Shown here: one piece after another, positions 47,148-57,117 of the stretch
Position numbering within the stretch: position 1 is the first letter of the stretch
How the letters are laid out: every line of letters begins with the position of its first letter
IMG/VR virus record: IMGVR_UViG_3300037483_000076
Location: 31,563-95,562 of that record
DNA from: a virus
Length of the DNA stretch: 64,000 bases
Strand: one strand, 5' to 3'
Notes under the pieces: generated by a model
The model's input: the letters and a program-made list of their open reading frames with translations, nothing else
Told to the model about the DNA's origin: nothing
Databases searched by the model: none
Translations under genes and position numbers: made by a program

Positions 47148-47339
47148 ATGACTAAAGAATTAGATAAGAGTAAATTTAGTAGATTGTGCAAGAGAGTTGA
47201 GAATCTTAATCAACTCAGAGATGATGAGATGACTAGACCTAATACTAAGATATGTATCTGTATATGTATTAACAACTGTATGGATGATATTAATGAGGAG
47301 TTATTAGAAGCAGGTTACTCATTTAATGAAAGTAATTAG
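47148..47339 (+). CDS. Hypothetical protein
   Basis: 63 aa. Confidence 0.55.
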   Translation: MTKELDKSKFSRLCKRVENLNQLRDDEMTRPNTKICICICINNCMDDINEELLEAGYSFNESN

Positions 47340-47610
47340 ACACCCTCATACTATTGGGGATCATCCGATATCGCATGTCAATGATAGAGCGGATTAGAAG
47401 TTGGGTTATAAGTATACAATATAGTATATAGTGTTGTCCCCAATAGTGTCGATAAAAGAGTTAGTATAATGATCTGGCCCTCCACCAGTAAGGTAAATGT
47501 AGCTAAGAGAGGGATAGGACTAGTCGAAAGATGATTTACGACAGATACGAAATCTAACTTTAAACTTATATTTGCTGACAAATTAGTCGAGCATTATAGG
47601 GGAAGATTAC
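47340..47610 (+). ncRNA. About 270-nt structured RNA candidate
   Basis: tactattgggga/tccccaatagtg, gagttag/ctaactt, ccctc/gaggg, gtcg/cgac; G-U pairs favour the + strand. Confidence 0.55.
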
Positions 47611-47631
47611 ATAAAATTATTAAGTAATTAC

Positions 47632-47657
47632 AAACTAAACATTCTATATAACGTATA
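47632..47657 (+). promoter_or_regulatory. Putative promoter AAACTA-N14-CGTATA
   Basis: AAC-N16-CGT; CGT starts 25 nt before the ATG at 47677. Confidence 0.55.
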
Positions 47658-47676
47658 AGATTGGAAATTAGTAATT

Positions 47677-47973
47677 ATGGATGGTATATGTATACAACGA
47701 GATCCTCAGGAAATAGGTGAGGAATTTAGTAGAGCTAGTAAAAGCTTTGTAAATCACTTAAACTCTGATCCTGAATTTAAAGAACAGGCTAAATTAAGGT
47801 TAGAGCAGATTAGTAAACAAGAGTGGATATCTAATATAGATCAGTTTTATCAACGACACGCGTTAAGTATATTGTTATCAAAAGATGAGTTGGATCACTT
47901 CTGGAATAATCAGAAAGATATGTCACTAAGTGAGTTTTTAAGTAATACATTTAATAGGTCAAAGGATGAGTAA
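47677..47973 (+). CDS. Hypothetical protein
   Basis: 98 aa, first of a coupled run. Confidence 0.65.
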   Translation: MDGICIQRDPQEIGEEFSRASKSFVNHLNSDPEFKEQAKLRLEQISKQEWISNIDQFYQRHALSILLSKDELDHFWNNQKDMSLSEFLSNTFNRSKDE

Positions 47974-48403
47974 ATTAGTTAATATAGAGGGAATAGAATT
48001 AGAACAATGTGTTATAGATAATGAAGAATTAGATTATGTTACAACTATCCCAGAAGATGTGCAGTTTATCAACGAGTATATAGAATCTGAGATGGATAAA
48101 CAACCTGATAATATTGAAGAAGATGTACATATACAGAATCTTATGATAGATCAGGAATTAGAAGTATTCCCTAGTTGTTTAAATATTGAAGAATACTTTG
48201 ATAAAGAATTAACAACATGGTATCAAGACAAGTTAATAGAATATGATACTATTATTCAAGACATACAAGCAGATAAACAAAATTTTATAGAACAATGTAA
48301 AGTAACTATATCAAGAAATTATTACACCAATTATCTAAAAGATTATAATAAAAGTCTTAGAGAATGGTACTTTAATAAACATCCTCAATATGTTAGAAAA
48401 TAA
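47966..48403 (+). CDS. Acidic hypothetical protein
   Basis: 145 aa coupled ORF. Confidence 0.65.
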   Translation: MSKLVNIEGIELEQCVIDNEELDYVTTIPEDVQFINEYIESEMDKQPDNIEEDVHIQNLMIDQELEVFPSCLNIEEYFDKELTTWYQDKLIEYDTIIQDIQADKQNFIEQCKVTISRNYYTNYLKDYNKSLREWYFNKHPQYVRK

Positions 48404-48575
48404 CTATAACACAGAACTAGTATTTGATTGGGAGAGAGCAGATAAATTACATAAGTTGTATGGGTGGGATATACTTAAAGATTGCTTTAATAAAGATATA
48501 ACCAATGAAGAATTTTATAATCGTTATCCAGAGGCTGAAGTTAAATTAGAAATAGATAAATATGCAAGAAAATAA
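48390..48575 (+). CDS. Hypothetical protein
   Basis: 61 aa coupled ORF. Confidence 0.55.
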   Translation: MLENNYNTELVFDWERADKLHKLYGWDILKDCFNKDITNEEFYNRYPEAEVKLEIDKYARK

Positions 48576-48993
48576 TTACTATACTCCATCAATCGAGGAG
48601 TTTTGTGCAGATTTTGAGTATGAAGTCAGAAGTACAATGTTGATAGACAAAGGATGGCATACTACTAAAGAGCCTGTGTGGAGTAGGTACAAATTTGAGT
48701 TTGGTAATTACTTATCTGCTTATTACTTAACTGAGAAGATTAAGGACAAACTTTGGACTAATGATGCTAGAGTTAAATACTTAGATAAGTCTGATATAGA
48801 AAGTTTAGGATTTAGTACTGAATTTAAAGATACTGATTATACTATAATATATACTAAAAATGGTTATAATCTAGTTTATTATACCAGTGAAAAACTAGTA
48901 TTGATAGATAATGAAAATAAGAGGTTATTTAATGGAATTATAAAGAACATATCAGAATTACGTAAACTACTTAAACAATTAGGAATAGAATGA
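48562..48993 (+). CDS. Hypothetical phage protein
   Basis: YYTP.IEEF...FEYE, RVKYLD.SDIESLGF, IKNISEL.KLLKQLGI. Confidence 0.7.
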   Translation: MQENNYYTPSIEEFCADFEYEVRSTMLIDKGWHTTKEPVWSRYKFEFGNYLSAYYLTEKIKDKLWTNDARVKYLDKSDIESLGFSTEFKDTDYTIIYTKNGYNLVYYTSEKLVLIDNENKRLFNGIIKNISELRKLLKQLGIE

Positions 48994-49298
48994 GTTTAAT
49001 AACATTTCCAATTGAGTCATACCCAGTCTTATACAAGATGTATTGGAGTGATGAATTAGATGAAGACAAACGTGTAGAGAATAATAAGGATAAAGTTAGT
49101 ATTCTAGGTAGTATATATAATACTTACTATAATCAGACATTTGATGCTAATAGTTTAGATATAATTACATATACTGGTAGAATTAGTCCTTGGCAAGTTA
49201 TATTTAAGATAGCATATTTGACTAATGATGGTGGTACAGATTACTTATGGGAATACTTTGATAATTGGGTTAAGATATTAAATGCTAATAGATATTAA
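48990..49298 (+). CDS. Hypothetical protein
   Basis: 102 aa. Confidence 0.6.
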   Translation: MSLITFPIESYPVLYKMYWSDELDEDKRVENNKDKVSILGSIYNTYYNQTFDANSLDIITYTGRISPWQVIFKIAYLTNDGGTDYLWEYFDNWVKILNANRY

Positions 49299-49300
49299 AT

Positions 49301-49555
49301 ATGAATATTCAAGATATAGTAGAAGATCTATTAATAGAATTTGGAGGAGATAGTTATATAGATGGTTCTGAAGAAATAACAGAATTTATTATAAATCTAT
49401 TATATGATTTTACAAAATGGTTAGGTAATAACTATACATTATATGATGAGGATAAATGGACAAATAGTGTAGATTATAAAACATCTAGAGAAGTACTTTC
49501 AGAGTATTTAACTGAAAGAAAAAAGATAATATATAAATATACTGATATAAAATGA
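49301..49555 (+). CDS. Hypothetical protein
   Basis: 84 aa. Confidence 0.6.
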   Translation: MNIQDIVEDLLIEFGGDSYIDGSEEITEFIINLLYDFTKWLGNNYTLYDEDKWTNSVDYKTSREVLSEYLTERKKIIYKYTDIK

Positions 49556-49854
49556 ATATACCCATATCATATCAATTAGCTGGAACAGATTGGAAAGTAG
49601 TCTGGGACAATACTAAGTTAAACAATCAAGGTGATTACGGTACTTGTTCACATAGTGAATCTATGATAACACTATCTACTACAATTGGATTAAAGAATTT
49701 ATCTGAAGGAAAGATGGAACAGACATTCTATCACGAATTAGTTCATTCTATACTAGATTCGATTCATGAAAGAGAATTAAGTGATAATGAGAAGTTTGTA
49801 GATAATTTTGCTAATATGTTACATCAATTTATTAAATCAGCAAAATATGAATAA
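49552..49854 (+). CDS. Small zincin-like metallopeptidase
   Basis: TFYHELVHSI (HExxH) plus a downstream NEKFVD. Confidence 0.75.
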   Translation: MNIPISYQLAGTDWKVVWDNTKLNNQGDYGTCSHSESMITLSTTIGLKNLSEGKMEQTFYHELVHSILDSIHERELSDNEKFVDNFANMLHQFIKSAKYE

Positions 49855-50080
49855 ACACATTATATCAGATGATACTTATAATCACATAGAATCTGAAACC
49901 TGTTGGTGTAATCCCCGTATAAGTCATGTAGAAGGAGAAACTTGTTATATTCATAATAGCAACTACTCTACAGACATAGAAACTGAGGACAGAGAGGAAA
50001 TAGATTATAGGTCATTTCCTGAAGGTTATTTAAGATGGAAGAATGAGACAAGTATGTTCCCTAGAAGTAATTATAAATAA
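49847..50080 (+). CDS. Hypothetical His/Cys protein (likely start MNKHII)
   Basis: H.....CWC.P........H pattern. Confidence 0.55.
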   Translation: MNKHIISDDTYNHIESETCWCNPRISHVEGETCYIHNSNYSTDIETEDREEIDYRSFPEGYLRWKNETSMFPRSNYK

Positions 50081-50085
50081 GTGAT

Positions 50086-50268
50086 ATGAAAAGAGATATT
50101 AACTTAGACAAGATTAGAGAGAGAGCAATGTTATCTGTTAATGAAGAGGATGCAGTTGAATTCTCAGAGTTCTTTGCAGATAATTATGAAGATATAATTG
50201 AGAATACAGACGATTATATTGCAGAGGGCATAACAAGTATGTTTTATATAGATAAAGAAGCAGAATGA
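50086..50268 (+). CDS. Hypothetical protein
   Basis: 60 aa acidic ORF. Confidence 0.55.
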   Translation: MKRDINLDKIRERAMLSVNEEDAVEFSEFFADNYEDIIENTDDYIAEGITSMFYIDKEAE

Positions 50269-50729
50269 AATTAAAAGTAATTAAAGCAGTTAAAGGATTA
50301 GTTCCTGGAGATATATTAGATTATAATGAGAAAGATTCTAGTTATGAGATCTTCAAAGTTGAGGAAGATATTACTGAATCTGGAAGTAGTAAGAAATCAT
50401 TAAAAGTTACTATCCCTGAATACTTAGTAGATGACTTTAAAGAGTTTTTTACATGGGTAGATGATGATGGTGATAAAGTTACTGTAGAAGAGTTTAGATA
50501 CAAAGATAGTCCTAATTACGAACCTGATATGGTAGAAGAAGTTGCTAAGCCGTCTCCAGTAGAAGTATCAGAACCTATTAGTTTTGCTATGTATGAGACA
50601 CTTAAACAAAAGATCTCAAATCTAGAAAGGCAATTAGAGGAATATAGTAGTAAACAACCCATTAATTACCCAGTATATACTATATATCCAAGACGTAGCT
50701 CATTTTACGAACCTATATTCAATTGGTAA
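50265..50729 (+). CDS. Hypothetical protein
   Basis: 154 aa, KVIK...GL..GD pattern. Confidence 0.7.
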   Translation: MKLKVIKAVKGLVPGDILDYNEKDSSYEIFKVEEDITESGSSKKSLKVTIPEYLVDDFKEFFTWVDDDGDKVTVEEFRYKDSPNYEPDMVEEVAKPSPVEVSEPISFAMYETLKQKISNLERQLEEYSSKQPINYPVYTIYPRRSSFYEPIFNW

Positions 50730-50851
50730 TATGAGCAGTAGATGTGAAAGTTGTCCTTTACAGGATATAGATTGTTATTATCTACTAGAGATGATACGAA
50801 TAGATAAGGAGATGAAACAAAGAAAACATAATAGAAAAAAAGTTATTAAGA

Positions 50852-51172
50852 ATGGAAGAAAATAAAGATGTGGCTCCAGTTAAGCCAGAAGTTAAACAAT
50901 ATGAGTTTGCACATTTAGTAGTACATTGTGGTAAATGTAATAGTAAGTATGTACTAGATAAAGATGTAACAGGTGGAGTACATATTACCCTCCCAACAGC
51001 AAGTACATCTGAGTTAGTCTTAGTTTGTAAAGAGTGTAAGAATAGTATGGCTCTATATTTTGTAGAATCAGATGGAGCTAGTAAGAAGCAAGAATCTAAA
51101 GTTGAGAGTGCAGAGATAGAAGAGGTTACTCCTGAAATAGCTTATGAACCTAAAATGGAGGTTGTAGAATAA
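50852..51172 (+). CDS. Zn-ribbon protein
   Basis: CGKC...CKEC. Confidence 0.7.
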   Translation: MEENKDVAPVKPEVKQYEFAHLVVHCGKCNSKYVLDKDVTGGVHITLPTASTSELVLVCKECKNSMALYFVESDGASKKQESKVESAEIEEVTPEIAYEPKMEVVE

Positions 51173-51420
51173 TGAGAGAGTTGTTACCAAGAACTAAAAA
51201 AGATGTTCGAAATAACTTTTTTTGGTTTATAGATACCAATGATCTTATATATTTTAAATATGATAGATTAACTAGATTATTTGGTATTAAAAATGAATAC
51301 AATTTAAAGGTGTTATCTAAGCCAATAATGGTAGGTGATGCTTATATATACGATACTAAAATAGTTGAAAATAGAATAACTTGGTTTGGAATAACCTTAT
51401 TTAAAATAAAAAGTAGGTAA
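51172..51420 (+). CDS. Hypothetical protein
   Basis: 82 aa coupled ORF. Confidence 0.55.
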   Translation: MRELLPRTKKDVRNNFFWFIDTNDLIYFKYDRLTRLFGIKNEYNLKVLSKPIMVGDAYIYDTKIVENRITWFGITLFKIKSR

Positions 51421-51662
51421 TGGAGAATGAAGTTGATATTACTAGACCACAGATAATAAGATTTGTATTATCTAGAACTTTATCTGAAAAATCAGAAAAG
51501 GGTTATTACATAATAAGAAGAAATGATGATATACTAACAATACCAAGTGATAATTTTGAATTACAAATCACAAGAACTCAAGAGTCGTTAATTATGGACA
51601 TAGAATCTATACTAAATGATTTTAAAGAAACAAAAGGTATTGATAAAATTTATATAAAATAA
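51420..51662 (+). CDS. Hypothetical protein
   Basis: 80 aa coupled ORF. Confidence 0.55.
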   Translation: MENEVDITRPQIIRFVLSRTLSEKSEKGYYIIRRNDDILTIPSDNFELQITRTQESLIMDIESILNDFKETKGIDKIYIK

Positions 51663-51853
51663 TGGAATTAGTTTGTTGGAAAACAGATATTAAAGGTACT
51701 AGTAAATCAATCTTTAATGTAAAGGTTTGGGAAAAGTATCGTACAACTAGAGGTAAGAATGCAGGAAGTATTATTGAGATATCATCTACCTCTAAGTTTA
51801 TACAAGCATTAAAATTAGCTTGGTTTATTATAAAGAATTACAAATGGTTATAA
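51662..51853 (+). CDS. Hypothetical protein
   Basis: 63 aa coupled ORF. Confidence 0.5.
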   Translation: MELVCWKTDIKGTSKSIFNVKVWEKYRTTRGKNAGSIIEISSTSKFIQALKLAWFIIKNYKWL

Positions 51854-51854
51854 C

Positions 51855-52148
51855 ATGATAGTATCGAATAAGGTAGACCCAATATTAAAGGATTTATCAT
51901 TACGATTCTATAAAGATATAAGGGTGATCAAGCTAATATGTGATCACCCTTTATTTTTTGTATCAGAACGTATTAAAGATCCTACAGATATAAGAGCAAT
52001 TATGATCCCATTCTTTGGGAAATTTGTGTTTAAGTATAGTAAAACTATGAGTAGTAAGGAAATTAACACAAAAAATCATCATATTAGAATAGCTCAGAAA
52101 TGTAACCAAAAATGTAACACTAACGTAACGACAGACAATAATGAGTAG
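51855..52148 (+). CDS. HU/IHF-like DNA-binding protein
   Basis: I.IPFFGKF motif; position upstream of the terminase region as in crAss-like phages. Confidence 0.6.
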   Translation: MIVSNKVDPILKDLSLRFYKDIRVIKLICDHPLFFVSERIKDPTDIRAIMIPFFGKFVFKYSKTMSSKEINTKNHHIRIAQKCNQKCNTNVTTDNNE

Positions 52149-52710
52149 TAAAATATTTGATATAGTTGATGGTAAAGTGCAGATCAATGCTAACGAACTA
52201 TCAATTCCAGTATTTAAAAAGATATACGATGCTGACAAAGATAAGGAAAAGATTAATTCTTTTAATAAAATATCCTATATCATATTTGTATATAAATGGG
52301 ATAGTCCATATGCTTCATATATAGATTTTGAAACTAGAAATAAGATAGTTAAGAAGGATATATTTGGAGATGAGAATTGGCAACCCGATGATCTTACAAG
52401 AGAAGCAGTTAAACGTTTCGTCGATTTTCAAAATACATTTTCCTTACAATTTCTAGAACAGAATATGGTTGGTGCTAAAAGACTGATGGAATTCTATACT
52501 ATGATTAATTGGGAAGATGAAGATAAGTCTGGTAAATTTAAGTATTCATCTAGAGATCTAGCAGCTAATTTAAAGGAAGCTGGTAATATACTTAAATCAT
52601 TAGAGTCGTTAAAAGAACAAGTCCGTAGAGAAGAGTTAGAAACTAACAGTATTCGAGGCGGAGGAGAAATTAATATATATGAAGATCCTCATAGTATGAA
52701 TACTATTTGA
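52141..52710 (+). CDS. Conserved protein upstream of TerL (small terminase candidate)
   Basis: Position and C-terminal coiled coil ending IRGG. Confidence 0.5.
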   Translation: MSSKIFDIVDGKVQINANELSIPVFKKIYDADKDKEKINSFNKISYIIFVYKWDSPYASYIDFETRNKIVKKDIFGDENWQPDDLTREAVKRFVDFQNTFSLQFLEQNMVGAKRLMEFYTMINWEDEDKSGKFKYSSRDLAANLKEAGNILKSLESLKEQVRREELETNSIRGGGEINIYEDPHSMNTI

Positions 52711-52736
52711 GGATAAAATAATCCACTTAACAGTGT

Positions 52737-54743
52737 ATGATTAAGAATTCTGACAAATTTCGTGGTCCATCAATCCACTATCAAAAATATGGGTATTATA
52801 CGTCTACACCAAAAGGTACTACAGCATATAGAGACTATTGGGATATAGAATCAAAGAGGTGTCTATATGGGTATGTAGCAGATGATGGAGATTACATAAC
52901 AGGGTATCACTACTTCTATTTAAATTATACTATGATTTCTATAGTAGAGGAAGTAGATATAGTAATTGGTGGAATATCTAGAAAAGTTGCTCAGAAACAT
53001 AGAGGATTCCCTACTTTCTATGATTCAGATTATGAGTATTTCCACTATATAGAACAAGCTGAGAAACTAGGTAAGCATGCTGTCGTATTAAAGAAACGAC
53101 GTGCTGGATATAGTTGGAAGGCAGCAAGTATGTTATGTAGAAACTTCTATTTATTACCAGGTAGTGTAGGATATGCAGTAGCATCAGAAGCAGAATTTTT
53201 AACTAAAGATGGTATACTTACTAAATCTTGGGACTTAATGTCATGGATAGATGCTAATACAGCATGGACCAAGAAAAGACAGAAGGTTGATACTAGAATG
53301 CATAAACGTGCTTCATATATAGTAGATAATAATGGTACTAAAATTGAAGCAGGATTTCTCTCTGAGATAATGGGAGTTACTGTTAAGAATGATGTACAGA
53401 AGATTAGAGGTAAGGCTGGTAAGTTAATTCTATTTGAAGAAGCTGGTAAATTCCCTGGACTAAAAGAAGCTTGGCAAATCGCTAGACCTTCAGTAGAACA
53501 AGGTACTAATGTGTTCGGGACCTTAATTGCTTACGGCACGGGGGGTACGGAAGATGCTGATTACGAAGGGTTAAAAGATCTATTCTATGAAATAGATGCT
53601 TACAATGTTCTAGGAGTAGATAATATATGGGATGAAGGTGGAACTAAACAATGTGGTTTCTTTGTTCCAGAATATGTCAATATGGAGGGATCTGATGAAA
53701 ATGGTAATCCCTTTATGGACAAAGAGGGTAATAGTCTTAAAGAAGTAGCTATGAGACATATTCTTAAAGAACGTCAAAAGATCTTTGAGAATGCTACAGA
53801 TAAGACAGCAATTGATAGATACATCGCTGAACATCCTCTAAATGGTCAAGAAGCCTGTCTACAGATATCAGGTAATATATTCCCTAAGAAAGATCTTATA
53901 CAACAGTTATCGTATATAAGAAATACAGATTCTGTAAAGTCATTTAAACAAGTTGGAGAACTTATACAAGATCCTACTGGAATAATTAAATGGCATCAAA
54001 CAGACAATAGATTTAAAGATATTACTAAATATAGAATTGAAAAAGGTCAGGCAAAAGATGGGGCTATAGTAATATGGGAACATCCTGATCCAAATCCTCC
54101 TTGGGGATTATATATTGCTGGCTTAGACCCCTATGATCATGATAGTGCAGAATCAAGTGATTCACTAGGATCGTGTTTCATATATAAAAGATTTACATCA
54201 TCTGGTAAGACGTATAATTGGATAGTTGCTGAATATACTGGACGACCAGAGAGAGCAGAACAGTATTACGAGAATGTAAGAATACTCCTACTTTATTATA
54301 ATGCAACATGTTTATATGAGAATCAATGGCCAGGATTTTCAGTGTATATGAGAAATAAACATTATGATTACTTACTAGCAGATCAGCCTAGTATCATTTC
54401 TAAAATGATAAAGGATAGTAGGGTTCAGCGAGGTAAGGGTATTCATATGGTAACAGACATAAAAAATAATGCAGAATTATGGCTTAAAGACTGGTTGACG
54501 GAGGAATACGAACCAGGTAAGAGTAATCTTACTAAGATATATTCAGAGGCATTATTAGAAGAATTAATATCATATAACAATAAAGGTAACTTCGATAGAG
54601 TAATTAGTTTATTTCTAGTTATGATCTATTTACAGGAGTTACAAAATTTACATGTAAAGTCTAATGACGATATATCAAAGATTAAGAGATTATTTGAATC
54701 TCCAATATTTCCTTCAGATAGAGAATTTACAAGTTTTAACTAG
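52737..54743 (+). CDS. terL: Terminase large subunit
   Basis: ITGYHYFYLN, Walker A-like KKRRAGYS, Walker B LILFEEAG, YGTGG, nuclease GLDPYD, GNFDRV. Confidence 0.93.
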   Translation: MIKNSDKFRGPSIHYQKYGYYTSTPKGTTAYRDYWDIESKRCLYGYVADDGDYITGYHYFYLNYTMISIVEEVDIVIGGISRKVAQKHRGFPTFYDSDYEYFHYIEQAEKLGKHAVVLKKRRAGYSWKAASMLCRNFYLLPGSVGYAVASEAEFLTKDGILTKSWDLMSWIDANTAWTKKRQKVDTRMHKRASYIVDNNGTKIEAGFLSEIMGVTVKNDVQKIRGKAGKLILFEEAGKFPGLKEAWQIARPSVEQGTNVFGTLIAYGTGGTEDADYEGLKDLFYEIDAYNVLGVDNIWDEGGTKQCGFFVPEYVNMEGSDENGNPFMDKEGNSLKEVAMRHILKERQKIFENATDKTAIDRYIAEHPLNGQEACLQISGNIFPKKDLIQQLSYIRNTDSVKSFKQVGELIQDPTGIIKWHQTDNRFKDITKYRIEKGQAKDGAIVIWEHPDPNPPWGLYIAGLDPYDHDSAESSDSLGSCFIYKRFTSSGKTYNWIVAEYTGRPERAEQYYENVRILLLYYNATCLYENQWPGFSVYMRNKHYDYLLADQPSIISKMIKDSRVQRGKGIHMVTDIKNNAELWLKDWLTEEYEPGKSNLTKIYSEALLEELISYNNKGNFDRVISLFLVMIYLQELQNLHVKSNDDISKIKRLFESPIFPSDREFTSFN

Positions 54744-54750
54744 TTAAGAA

Positions 54751-57117
54751 ATGGATTTATATTACAAACGAACGGAATTTCCTGTACAGAAGTTACCACT
54801 AAAAATGAAGGATGAGTCTTGGAGGAGAGGGTGCGTTGATGTACTTGTATCCAGAGAAGGTTCTACTTATGCTAGTGGTAGATCTAGACGAGATATTCTT
54901 AGAACTAACTATGATTTATATAATGGAATCTTTAATGAAGATGACTTTAAATACGTAGTTAATCCATACAATGTGGAAGACGGATTTCCAGCACATCCTC
55001 AAAGTATGAATATAATCAAATCTAAGATAGATTTACTTATAGGTGAGGAAACTAAACGTCCTTTTAATATTAAAGTATTCTCTACTAATGAGGAGGCTAT
55101 ATCACAAGTACAGGAAGTCAAAATGAATATGCTTGTACAAGAGTATATATCATCTACTTTAGAAGGACAACCAGAAGAAGTTATAGATAAGAAATTGCAA
55201 GAAATAGATGCCTATATCAAGAATAAGTACTCTAGTGTTGCAGAAAAGACAGCCTATGATTCTCTTCAATATTTACGTCAACAACTTCTATTAGAACACG
55301 AGTTTATCAAAGGTTGGAAAGATGGGTTAATAGCAGGAGAAGAAATATACTATACTGGAATTGTTAATGGTGAACCAATGTGTGAGAGAGTAAATCCTTA
55401 CCATTTTACTTATGACAATGATCCTGATATAGAGTATATAGAAGATGGTGATTGGGCAGTAAGACGTTTCTTAATGGCTCCAGGAGCAATCTATGATAGA
55501 TTTCAGAATGTAATGGATGAGGAAGATCTAGATAATCTACTAAAGATGGTCGGAGGAGACTCATTACGTCGTAGACCTAGTGATGTTAACTTTAATACTA
55601 TTATATATAAAGATAAGATAATCTCTGATATTACTAATGATGAGTTCTTCAAGGGACAACTTATACCTGTATGGCACACTGTATGGAAGTCATTTAAGAA
55701 GATATTCTATATAGTTGATGGAGAAGGTAATGATCTAGATGTAGTAGATGAATTCTTTAAATTGTCAGACGAAGAGAAGGCAATGGGATTAACTTTACAG
55801 AAAGATTGGATTACTGAAACATGGGAGGGGTTTAGAATAGGTACTGATATCTATTTAGAAATACGTCCTGTAGAGTACCAATATCAATCATTAGAGAATC
55901 CAAAGACATCTAAACTTCCTTATGTAGGAGCTAAATACAATTGTACTAATACTAAGAATAGATCTCTAGTAGATACTATGAAATCTTTACAGTATATGTA
56001 TATAGTAGTATGGTATCGTTTAGAATTAGCTCTAGCAAGAGATAAGGGTAAGATAATTACTATGGATATAACACAGATTCCTAAATCTATGGGAATTGAT
56101 GTTAAACAATGGATGCATTATCTATCTGCTCTAGGAGTAAATCTTGTTAATCCACATGAAGAAGGGTGGGACATTCCAGGACGTGCTGGAGGACATGCTG
56201 CTGCATTTAACAACTTCGGACAAGCAGATTTAACTATGTCTAAGGTAATTGCTGACTATATAGGTCTATTAGATAAGATTGAGGAAATGTGTGGAGAACT
56301 CTCAGGAGTATCTAGACAACGTCAAGGATCTATAGCATCTAATGAACTAGTTGGTAATGTACAACGTTCAGTAGTACAGTCTAGTCATATAACAGAACCT
56401 CTATTTGAGATACACAATCAAGTTAAACGTAGGACTTATACTGCTTTACTCAATTGTGCTAAATATGCTTGGACTGAAAACAAACGTAAGAAGTTAAATT
56501 TCATAGTAGATGACTTTTCTAGAACATTCTTAAACATAGATGATGATTTCCTATACTCAGACTTTGATGTATTTGTAAATGACTCAACTAGAGAGAATCA
56601 GAATCTAGAAGCATTAAAGGGTCTTATACAACCTGCCATGCAGAATGGAGCTACTCTATCAGACGCTGCTTTAATACTTACTACAGAGAGTATATCTGAA
56701 GTTAGGAATAAGTTACAGGAGATAGAAGAACGTAGATTACAACAAACTCAAGCTATGGAACAGCAGCAACAACAGTTGCAAGCTATGCAGGCTCAGATGG
56801 AACAAGAAGCTCTAGCAGAAGATAGACGTATTAAAGAAGAGGATTCTATACGTAAATCTGAAACAGCTATACAAGTTGCTTTAATTGGAGCTAGTTCTAA
56901 CGAAAGATCTGATGGGGACAATGAACCTGAAGATACTGGATTAGAGGCCCAAAAGCTTGGGTTACAGACACGCAAGATAGAAAGTGATACTAGACTTAAG
57001 CAAGCTCAAATAAATGAAGTGGTAAGGTCTAATATGGTGTCTGAGAGACAGAAAGAAAAGGAAATATCTATTAAACAAAAGGTTGCAAATCGACCAGTTG
57101 CTAAAAGTACTAAATAA
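54751..57117 (+). CDS. Portal protein
   Basis: 788 aa after TerL; P.QKL, IDLLIGEE.KRP, GVSRQRQG; coiled C-terminus. Confidence 0.88.
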   Translation: MDLYYKRTEFPVQKLPLKMKDESWRRGCVDVLVSREGSTYASGRSRRDILRTNYDLYNGIFNEDDFKYVVNPYNVEDGFPAHPQSMNIIKSKIDLLIGEETKRPFNIKVFSTNEEAISQVQEVKMNMLVQEYISSTLEGQPEEVIDKKLQEIDAYIKNKYSSVAEKTAYDSLQYLRQQLLLEHEFIKGWKDGLIAGEEIYYTGIVNGEPMCERVNPYHFTYDNDPDIEYIEDGDWAVRRFLMAPGAIYDRFQNVMDEEDLDNLLKMVGGDSLRRRPSDVNFNTIIYKDKIISDITNDEFFKGQLIPVWHTVWKSFKKIFYIVDGEGNDLDVVDEFFKLSDEEKAMGLTLQKDWITETWEGFRIGTDIYLEIRPVEYQYQSLENPKTSKLPYVGAKYNCTNTKNRSLVDTMKSLQYMYIVVWYRLELALARDKGKIITMDITQIPKSMGIDVKQWMHYLSALGVNLVNPHEEGWDIPGRAGGHAAAFNNFGQADLTMSKVIADYIGLLDKIEEMCGELSGVSRQRQGSIASNELVGNVQRSVVQSSHITEPLFEIHNQVKRRTYTALLNCAKYAWTENKRKKLNFIVDDFSRTFLNIDDDFLYSDFDVFVNDSTRENQNLEALKGLIQPAMQNGATLSDAALILTTESISEVRNKLQEIEERRLQQTQAMEQQQQQLQAMQAQMEQEALAEDRRIKEEDSIRKSETAIQVALIGASSNERSDGDNEPEDTGLEAQKLGLQTRKIESDTRLKQAQINEVVRSNMVSERQKEKEISIKQKVANRPVAKSTK

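Noticed and set aside
52737-54743. Intein or intron in TerL
   Set aside because: The ORF is continuous, of ordinary length, and has no intein splice-junction motifs.
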